From Nemertoderma westbladi (lineage: Eukaryota; Animalia; Xenacoelomorpha): DNA of 64,000 nucleotides. Below are positions 34,035 to 42,923 of this stretch, piece by piece; the first letter of the stretch is position 1, and each line of letters begins with the position of its first letter. The DNA is taken from positions 1-64,000 of the forward strand of contig JAUCBJ010007374.1 of NCBI GenBank assembly GCA_032718475.1, read 5' to 3'. The notes under the pieces were generated by a model. The model ran no database searches. It saw only the letters and a list, made by a program, of their open reading frames with translations, and had not been told where the DNA came from. A program made the translations under genes and the position numbers.

Positions 34035-37000
34035 TTTACAAAGTCCATTGCTGATCTATTTGATGTATCCTGCAAAGAAGCTGAGAGGATATTACAGGGT
34101 CGACAAACTGACAATGCAGCAGCTGAAGATTTGTCCTTTCTGTTTGATCAGAGATCCTCCCAGAAGCAGACAGTGGCAGGAGTAGATCGAGCAACTGCTA
34201 AAAAATTGAATGACGCTATAAATATTGCAAGAGAAAAATCAGCTACAATCATTAAGAGGGCAGAGAAAAAAGCAGTTTTTTTCTGTATTTTTGGGTAATT
34301 TTGTGTTTTTTTTTGCGTAATTAGTAGGACCGCTCTACTTGTACTATTGACGTTTTAATCTATTGTACACAAAAAAATTAATATCAAATTTTGCTTTGTT
34401 AAGATTAATATTCAGTACCGGTACTAGCAGACTAGGGGTACTCTCGCAATATGTTTAGAATACCGGTATATTATTTTAATTTTTGGTATTTTTTTTGTAT
34501 TTATGTTGGTTTTACTCATTGCTCACTCTATATACCGGTACGTTACTATTGTCGTTTTTAATCTCCTGTACACATTCAACATTTATATCAATTTTAGGTT
34601 AAGTCATACTGTAGCAATACTAGTTTTATTATATAATTTCAGCAGCAGCTTGATGTAGTGGTGACATTCCTGGGCTTCTAATTAGGAAGCCCTGGTTCGA
34701 TCCCTAGATGGGGCAGCACTGTTTGTTTGGGCACAGTGCTTTAAACGGTTAAATGCTGCAGCCTAGCCCAACCCTGGCTTTCATCCTTCAGTGGTCGATA
34801 AATAGGAACCAAGGCAACTTGGGAAACAGAGTGGAAGGTTTTACTGTGGAAGATCACCCATGGCTGCATGGTGGTGAACAGGCATTCCTTGGCTTAACGA
34901 GCCTAAAAGATTCTCCCATTCATTATATAAATTTTGTGAACGTTGTAAATATCTGAAATATAGGCCCTAGATAATTTCTTATCTGTGTTTGTTTTCATTA
35001 TTTCGTACCGTACTATGACGACTTTTTATAACTTGTATTTTGTTAGTGGGTGCCTTAAAAGATATTTATTTCTACACCCGTCTGCCCGTAAATTATTAAA
35101 CATAAACATAAGAAACCTTTATATATCCTGTTATCTGTTTAGTAGAAATGTCTCTGTCACATGTCGGTCCCATGCAATCTGTATTGCCAAAAATTGCTTT
35201 AGGCGACCTTGATATTTTAAATACAGTTGGAAAGGGACAATTCGCCACTGTTCATAAGGCGTCATGGAAGTCGCGAAACTTTCACGTAGCTGCAAAGAAG
35301 TTGGCGAGTCTGAAGATTGGGTCGGAACCGTTCATACTCAACCATTTGAAACACGCGAACATTGTGGAGTTCATTGCGGTAGTCGACCAAGGTCCCAACC
35401 CGTACCTTATTATGGAGTTTGCGGAAAACGGTTCGTTGTACGAATACCTAGAGAAGTACGGCAATTCCATGCAGTTCGTTCAGGTGACTGGCTGGGCATA
35501 CGAAATCGCCAGCGGTATGAACTACTTACACGACGAGGCGCCAATAAAGGTTATTCATCGGGATTTAAAGAGTCTAAACTGCGTTATATTTCAGAACATG
35601 GTGGTGAAGATCTGCGATTTCGGTTCTTCTAAGGTCTACCAGGAAACCGGGACTATGACGACATGCGTCGGCACCATCCCGTGGATGTCACCTGAAATGA
35701 TTCGCGGTAGTAAAGTATCAACAGCGTGCGACGTATACTCCTACGGTGTGTTGTTGTGGGAGTTACTAACCCATGAAGTGCCGTACGAAGGCGTGGACTG
35801 GCAAATTTTAGTGTACCAGGTCGCCCAAATGGGGAAGCGACTGCCCATCCCAAAGTCGTGTCCCGGCCCCTTCAGGGATCTCATGTTGGCGTGTTGGAAT
35901 GAGGATCCGGACGTCCGACCGGAGTTCAACCGGATAGTGGGTTGGGTCGACAGTATGGTGGATACTGATGGCTTACAGCAAGAGACGGTTGAGTTCTGGA
36001 GGAATTCAGAGGAGTGGAAGAGGGAGTTGGAGGATGCTAGGAAGTCATTTAAGGTCGCGGAACAGAAACTCTCCATAAAAGAGTGGCAGTTAGCGAAGAA
36101 GGAGAGTGCTTTGGAGCATCGCGAGTGGATTCTCTCCAAGAAGGGCTACTCCTATCCGTCGGTGAGTCTTGATCTGTGGACCTCGGATGAGGTTGGCGCC
36201 TGGGTCCGCGGTCTGCCGGGCTATCTGGGGCAGCACGCCGGTCTTTTCGTCCTCCACGAAATAAACGGCTCGCTCCTCCCGCGGCTCCTCGCCGCCGACT
36301 ACAAGAAGATCGGGATCGAAGCCTTCGGTCACATCCAGGAGTTCATAGAGATCGTAGGGAGACTGGCGAGTCAGACCGAGTTCGATAGGAACTTCCCGGA
36401 GCTCGGGGTTCCGCCGCGTCGGAACAGTTGCTACGCGAAGCTCGACTATCGCCAGCCGGTCGCGCTGATATTCGGCCATTTTGTGCACCGCCACGCCGGA
36501 CGGACCCGTTGGAAGGCCTACTGCGACGCGTTCGTACCGGACGGAGTCGACCGGTTGATGCAGAGCGTCCTGTTCCGCGTCGGATCTGGCTCCGACTCGC
36601 AGTACGTCGCGGTCAGTAAACCCCCGTTCGTTACCCCGGAATGGGTCGTTGGTGACTCCGTCGCCTACACGGTTACCTTCACCCCGGTAGTCAAGCAACC
36701 CCAGACCTTCACGTACCGCCACAGTGTAGAGGGGCCTGGATCCAGCACCCAGCGGGACATAGAGTTGAGTATCAGCGACAAGGTCTCTGTGTACAGCCCC
36801 GACAGTCCGGCAGGGAGTCCGCTGTGTCGGACCCCCGTGCTCCCCAAGCGAGCCCCCATTGCCCCCTTCCATACCCCCTCCGGGACCGGCGACTCAAACA
36901 AGAAACTGTACGTAGATGCCGTCCGCATGAAACCCTCCACCGGGACCATCACCCACTCAATGACCTCGCCTTGCATATACAACTCGTCGTCCTCGCTGTC

Positions 37001-37343
37001 CTCGACCCCCCAACTACACCGGGCCAACCGTAACAGCCCCTCCCCGCTCTGTTCCGACGACGAATTTCAACCGAATTTCCGCTTCCGATCGAGTTCATTG
37101 ACCCCCACTGACTCGCGACGACCCCCCCACGTCACAGTGACGTCACCAGTCGCTGGTTACCAGGGCAAAACTCGCAAACCGCCGTCCAAGGACTCGCAAT
37201 CACAGACGGAACTAACCGGCACAGCTATCGAGCAGATGATGTTGGACTCGGATGAATTATTTAATGCAACTCAGAACCACTCCTCGATTAGACCGAGAAT
37301 GAAACTCAGCCTCCCCCGGCCTGCCAGGGTGTTCAGCCGCCAG
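34035..37343 (+). repeat. Segmental duplicate of 41811-45119 (offset 7,776 bp)
   Basis: Near-identical sequence and identical ORF track in both copies. Confidence 0.95.
34643..34928 (+). mobile_element. tRNA-derived SINE, copy 1
   Basis: A box TGATGTAGTGG, B box GGTTCGATCCC, then a GCTTTCATCCTTC...GGTCGATAAA core typical of widely distributed animal SINEs. Confidence 0.75.
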
Positions 37344-37448
37344 TTCCGTATCGCCAGCCGCCAGTCCTGTTCAGTACCGTATAATATGAAAGGGAAAGCT
37401 GCTGATCACGATGCTGTTAAAGTGTTTGTTTACAAAGTCCATTACTGA
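35148..37448 (+). CDS. MAP3K20: ZAK/MAP3K20 duplicate, truncated after aa 732 and fused to 34 aa from filler and transposon sequence
   Basis: Protein identical to 42924-45647 up to 37343 except one I/V change; kinase, leucine zipper, SAM and YEATS-like region intact. Confidence 0.8.
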   Translation: MSLSHVGPMQSVLPKIALGDLDILNTVGKGQFATVHKASWKSRNFHVAAKKLASLKIGSEPFILNHLKHANIVEFIAVVDQGPNPYLIMEFAENGSLYEYLEKYGNSMQFVQVTGWAYEIASGMNYLHDEAPIKVIHRDLKSLNCVIFQNMVVKICDFGSSKVYQETGTMTTCVGTIPWMSPEMIRGSKVSTACDVYSYGVLLWELLTHEVPYEGVDWQILVYQVAQMGKRLPIPKSCPGPFRDLMLACWNEDPDVRPEFNRIVGWVDSMVDTDGLQQETVEFWRNSEEWKRELEDARKSFKVAEQKLSIKEWQLAKKESALEHREWILSKKGYSYPSVSLDLWTSDEVGAWVRGLPGYLGQHAGLFVLHEINGSLLPRLLAADYKKIGIEAFGHIQEFIEIVGRLASQTEFDRNFPELGVPPRRNSCYAKLDYRQPVALIFGHFVHRHAGRTRWKAYCDAFVPDGVDRLMQSVLFRVGSGSDSQYVAVSKPPFVTPEWVVGDSVAYTVTFTPVVKQPQTFTYRHSVEGPGSSTQRDIELSISDKVSVYSPDSPAGSPLCRTPVLPKRAPIAPFHTPSGTGDSNKKLYVDAVRMKPSTGTITHSMTSPCIYNSSSSLSSTPQLHRANRNSPSPLCSDDEFQPNFRFRSSSLTPTDSRRPPHVTVTSPVAGYQGKTRKPPSKDSQSQTELTGTAIEQMMLDSDELFNATQNHSSIRPRMKLSLPRPARVFSRQFRIASRQSCSVPYNMKGKAADHDAVKVFVYKVHY

Positions 37449-37846
37449 TCTATTTGATGTATCTTGCAAGGAAGCTGAGAGGATATTACAGGGTCGACAA
37501 ACTGACAATGCAGCAGCTGAAGATTTGTCCTTTCTGTTTGATCAGAGATCCTCCCAGAAGCAGACAATGGCAGGAGTAGATCGAGCAACTGCTAAAAAGT
37601 TGAATGAGGCTATAAATATTGCTCATTAAGAATCATTAAGAACTAAATCATTAAGAGGGCAGAGAAAAAAGCAGTTTTTTTGTGTATTTTTGGGTAATTT
37701 TGTGTTTTTTGCGTAATTCTGTAATTCATAGGACCGCTCTACTTGTACTATTGACGTTTTAATCTATTGTACACAAAAAAATTAATATCAAATTTTGCTT
37801 TGTTAAGATTAATATTCAGTAGGCCTACCGGTACTAGGGGTACTCT
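37373..37846 (+). mobile_element. Third copy of a DNA-transposase fragment (also at 34035-34440 and 41755-42220)
   Basis: Direct sequence similarity; encodes DLFDVSC...EDLSFLFDQRS...AGVD. Confidence 0.7.
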
Positions 37847-38831
37847 ATTGTGTCTTGCCAAAGCAGTGAGGTTTGATATGTCATGGGACTAGTTCTGGTC
37901 AGAATTACATGAATTTTACTGCATACCACAACTATATAACATGTATACAATAACCTAGAAGTTGTCAGACATAAAAAAATGTAACTAATAAAAATTCATA
38001 TTTTTGTTCATGTGCCCGCTGTTGCTTGCTTGCTTAGGCCTACTGGTCGCTTTCTGGAATGCCTTCAGCCAATTGCTATTATTATTATTACTATTGATAG
38101 GATCCAGAATAAAGTTACAGCAAGTGGGTGAGATAAATTTGGAAGTTGGCACTGACGTAATTTACCCTTCAGAACAGGAAAGAAACCTGGTGTGGAGTTT
38201 GATTCTCACTTAACTGCTAGACATAGACATCAAGTAAATAAAGTTGTTTCTTCATGTTATATGTTTTTAAGGGAATTTAAAAGGATTAGACCAAGGATAA
38301 CGGTTGATACAGCGAAACTAATAATAAACTGATAGGGAGTAAACTTGACTATTGTAATAGCCTCTACTGTATATGGGATCGCCTAACAGGATTATGAGAA
38401 AGTTACAGCTAATTCAAAATGCCGCCGCAAGAATAGTAAAACAAATACCAGCAAGACAGTATATTACTCCAGTGTTGAAGGAACTACATTGGCTGCCAAT
38501 TAAGTCGCGAATAAACTTCAAAGTAGCAGTGCTAACGTTCCGGGCTCTAAAAGGTACAGTACCTTCGTACTTATCCGAACTTATTAAAGCCTGCATTGAT
38601 AACCGCACACGCCAAAATACACGAGCAGTATCGACTAACTGTTTGCGGGTTTACGCAAGTAAAACGACGTTTGCCCGGCGTTCGTTTAGTTATACTGCAC
38701 CAGCTGTTTGGAACGCACTGCCCTGTAACCTGCGAGATCCCGGATTAACTCTAGATATTTTTAAAACGAGACTCAAGACACACTTATTTAATGAATATTT
38801 CAATACTTAGAATATAATTTTTAACCACAAT

Positions 38832-40864
38832 TAGGGCTCAACAGAAGCTTCGGCTTCGGTTCGGTTCGGGCCGAAGTTTGGCAATTTCGGTTCGGTTCGG
38901 CTTCTGCAATTGATACTGCAGAAGCCCGGAGCAAACTTTGCTAAATATTCCAAGTATTACATTGACTGATTGAGCTAAGACCAGAAGACAGTAAGACTAA
39001 ATCAATCTGTCCATCGTTGTACTAATTAATTTTGGAGTGTAAACTTTAAGCAGACTCTGGTGCAGAGCAGACAGTGGTGCAGACAAAGGTGCAGACATTG
39101 ATGCAGACAGTGGTGCAGACACCTGGTGCAGACAGTGGTGCACGCACTGGTGCAGAGAGTGGTGCAGATAGTGGTGCAGACATTGGTGCAGACAGTGGTG
39201 CAGACAGTGGTGCAGACACTGGTGCAGACAGTGGTGCAGACAGTGGTGCAGACAGTGGTGCAGACAGTGGTGCAGACAGTGGTGCAGACACTGGTGCAGA
39301 CACTGGTGCAGACAGTGGTGCAGACACTGGTGCAGACAGTGGTGCAGATAGTGGTGCAGACATTGGTGCAGACAGTGGTGCAGACAGTGGTGCAGACAGT
39401 GGTGCAGACAGTGGTGCAGACACTGGTGCAGACAGTGGTGCAGACAGTGGTGCAGACAGTGGTGCAGATACTGGTGCAGACACTGGTGCAGACACTGGTG
39501 CAGACAGTTGAGCAGACAGTGGTGCAGACACCTGTTGCAGACACTGGTTCAGACACTGGTGCAGACAGTGGTGCAGACATTGGTGCAGAGACAGTGGTGC
39601 AGACACTGGTGCAGACAGTAAAGGGGCGAGCAGGTTAGTAAAGGAGCACTTTAGTAAAGGAGCAGGTTTCAGAGGAGTATTGGGGGAACCAAAACAATAA
39701 ACGTTATATTGTTTTGCGGGCTAAGAATACCCAAGGGCGAAGAATACTCACGGGCTAAGAATTCATGAGACCTTACTGTAGTTAGTGAATGTATATCCCC
39801 AGCATGAGACAATAACTTAATGAGCTCGTTTTATTATATATACAGTAATAAGCAGTGGCTCCAGTAAAGGTAAACAAATTAAACATACTCTGTATAAAGT
39901 AGGTCATGCAAAAACAATCAAACACTGTCGCTTAAACCTAATCCCCTTTGAGACATTGCTGCTTACAATTTATAGACATTATTGTTAATATGAAAACGGG
40001 AATACCGATTAATTACTTTCGTACACACCTCTTATAATTATTTGTAACCAGGGCACATTCACGCGCACGCACCCCGACTTGTACTACATACGTCCTCCCT
40101 ACTTCATGTAGAACCTTTCAGTAGTTGCATATTCGCATATTTGTAGATAATGAAGTCTATGATAAAATATAATATAATTGTGCCTGGTGGTATTGTGTTT
40201 CGTGGTACTCTGGTATTTCAGTATTTTCACTCAGGTGTCTGCACCACTGTCTGCACCAGTGTCTGCACCACTGTCTGCACCTCTGTCTGCACCACTGTCC
40301 GCATCAGGTGTCTGCACCACTGTCTGCACCACTGTCTGCACCAATGTCGGCACCACTGTCTGCCACCACTGTAGTACCCTATTTTTTAATTAATCATAAC
40401 TTTGATACATAATACCAAATATACCAACTACCTCATATAAATAGTATTACAAAGACTTCTTGTACTTTTAGTGAGGTTTTCTAAATTTGACGTCACTACT
40501 GTATGGCTTACTACGGGTGAAAATGTGGTGCTTACAGTAAGTGCATGCATACAGTAAGTAGGCCTATACAGTAGTTTAGGTTAGTAATGTACAGTAATGT
40601 AAATATTGCCATTTTATTTTGTAATATTTATTTTTTTAATTAATCATTAGCTTTCTCGCTAAGTCCGCAGACCAAATAGGTACCAGTCTGCCACTGCCAG
40701 TCAGCCAGTATAGCAGTATAGTGACGTAAATACGAATTTATGACCATAACTTGCTAACTTTCTGAACTTCGGTTCGGATTCGGTTCGGTTCGGCCCGAAG
40801 TTGGCCCTGCTTCGGTTCGGTTCGGTTCGGTTCGGCCCCATAAAGTGCCTTCTGTTGAACCCTA
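38832..40864. mobile_element. hAT-type non-autonomous element with TTCGG subterminal repeats
   Basis: TIR TAGGGCTCAACAGAAG / CTTCTGTTGAACCCTA; 8-bp TSD ACCACAAT / ATCACAAT. Confidence 0.85.
39057..39618 (+). repeat. 12-bp minisatellite (GGTGCAGACAGT)n; inverted partner array at 40236-40371
   Basis: Directly visible. Confidence 0.95.
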
Positions 40865-41419
40865 ATCACAATCAACCATTTTTTTAGAAATTTTTAGGTA
40901 ATGAAGAACTCACATTTTTACATTAGTACCGTACCGGTACTGTATGTATCGTATGTTTTAAATATCAAAACAATTTTTAAAAGCTTGGCATATTTTCTAC
41001 AAACTAGATTTCGTAAATCATTTTTTAACATCATCTCGGCATATGGCTTCTTTTTTAACATTAGTAAGTTGAATTTTATTCGTTGTATGATGGCCAAATT
41101 GGTGAAAAATTATTTTATCACGTTTTTATCATATTGTATTTTTTAACCTGTGTATCATAAGTTTGTAATTAGTGTGTTTGAAAATAAGTAATTTTTGTAT
41201 TTTTACTTAAATTAAATATGTGCAGAACAATTAATGTGTGTACGGTGCCCTCAGCATGACAGATGTTAGAAGGGGGCACCTTAGACCTTAATAAGCCAAT
41301 ATTATTATTATTATTATTATTGTTTGTTATTTATTAGGTATATTTGTTATATATTGTTTGGTTTTTATTAATAATTTGGGAGGCCAATCTATTTATATAT
41401 AATATAATATATTCTAAGT

Positions 41420-42220
41420 AAGGCAGTAAGGTAAAATAAATGGAAGGCCAATCTTCCTCATCAGAAAGACCCCATATTCGAACAAGGAGTTCAAAAAAAA
41501 GAACCTCCCTTTCTTATAGGAAATACAACCAAATTCTTGCCACAATCCCAACTATCTACGAATGGCGATATCCTGAGGTGCTTAATACAGTAATATGTTC
41601 CTTATTAATAACCGGGAGCACAATGAACGTCTTTATAATGTCAATGTGGTGAAGGGTGTGGGGTGGTTGAAATTGAAAAATTGTTTACCCGTGGTGGCAT
41701 TCCAACTATAGCGACAGATTACATTGTTAAAGAAATTGTGTGTGAAGGTTAAAAAGTACCGTATAATATGAAAGGGAAAGCTGCTGATCACGATGCTGTT
41801 AAAGTGTTTGTTTACAAAGTCCATTACTGATCTATTTGATGTATCTTGCAAGGAAGCTGAGAGGATATTACAGGGTCGACAAACTGACAATGCAGCAGCT
41901 GAAGATTTGTCCTTTCTGTTTGATCAGAGATCCTCCCAGAAGCAGACAGTGGCAGGAGTAGATCGAGCAACTGCTAAAAAATTGAATGACGCTATAAATA
42001 TTGCAAGAGAAAAATCAGCTACAATCATTAAGAGGGCAGAGAAAAAAGCAGTTTTTTTCTGTATTTTTGGGTAATTTTGTGTTTTTTTTTGCGTAATTAG
42101 TAGGACCGCTCTACTTGTACTATTGACGTTTTAATCTATTGTACACAAAAAAATTAATATCAAATTTTGCTTTGTTAAGATTAATATTCAGTACCGGTAC
42201 TAGCAGACTAGGGGTACTCT
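41420..42220 (+). pseudogene. Decayed N-terminus of a DNA transposase (superfamily uncertain)
   Basis: Frameshifted QLSTNGDILRCL...GIPTI...LFDVSC...FLFDQR...GVD pattern, as remembered from invertebrate transposase families. Confidence 0.5.
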
Positions 42221-42418
42221 CGCAATATGTTTAGAATACCGGTATATTATTTTAATTTTTGGTATTTTTTTTGTATTTATGTTGGTTTTACTCATTGCTC
42301 ACTCTATATACCGGTACGTTACTATTGTCGTTTTTAATCTCCTGTACACATTCAACATTTATATCAATTTTAGGTTAAGTCATACTGTAGCAATACTAGT
42401 TTTATTATATAATTTCAG

Positions 42419-42704
42419 CAGCAGCTTGATGTAGTGGTGACATTCCTGGGCTTCTAATTAGGAAGCCCTGGTTCGATCCCTAGATGGGGCAGCACTGTTT
42501 GTTTGGGCACAGTGCTTTAAACGGTTAAATGCTGCAGCCTAGCCCAACCCTGGCTTTCATCCTTCAGTGGTCGATAAATAGGAACCAAGGCAACTTGGGA
42601 AACAGAGTGGAAGGTTTTACTGTGGAAGATCACCCATGGCTGCATGGTGGTGAACAGGCATTCCTTGGCTTAACGAGCCTAAAAGATTCTCCCATTCATT
42701 ATAT
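42419..42704 (+). mobile_element. tRNA-derived SINE, copy 2
   Basis: Same sequence as 34643-34928. Confidence 0.75.
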
Positions 42705-42923
42705 AAATTTTGTGAACGTTGTAAATATCTGAAATATAGGCCCTAGATAATTTCTTATCTGTGTTTGTTTTCATTATTTCGTACCGTACTATGACGACTT
42801 TTTATAACTTGTATTTTGTTAGTGGGTGCCTTAAAAGATATTTATTTCTACACCCGTCTGCCCGTAAATTATTAAACATAAACATAAGAAACCTTTATAT
42901 ATCCTGTTATCTGTTTAGTAGAA

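Larger units (their letters stand above)
38190..41321 (+). mobile_element. 5'-truncated L2/CR1-group LINE (RT C-terminus, 3' UTR, (ATT)n tail), split by a MITE
   Basis: KLDYCNSL, KLQLIQNAAAR, ITPVLKELHWLPI..RI.FK, FSY.AP..WN.LP, FK..LKTHLF; (ATT)7 tail at ~41301-41321. Confidence 0.8.

Noticed and set aside
34643-34715. Functional tRNA gene (also 42419-42491)
   Set aside because: Acceptor stem pairs poorly, there is no adjacent poly-T terminator, and it continues into a SINE core.
36090-36872. 260-aa antisense ORF in ZAK (also 43866-44648)
   Set aside because: Shadow ORF expected from GC-rich codon usage; no domain features.
35148-37448. Horizontal or viral origin of the GC-rich intronless kinase
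   Set aside because: The full metazoan ZAK-alpha domain architecture is present and the neighbouring host genes are intronless too.
39026-39638. SAPL / VCTT / GADS repeat ORFs
   Set aside because: 12-bp minisatellite open in most frames, inside a MITE.
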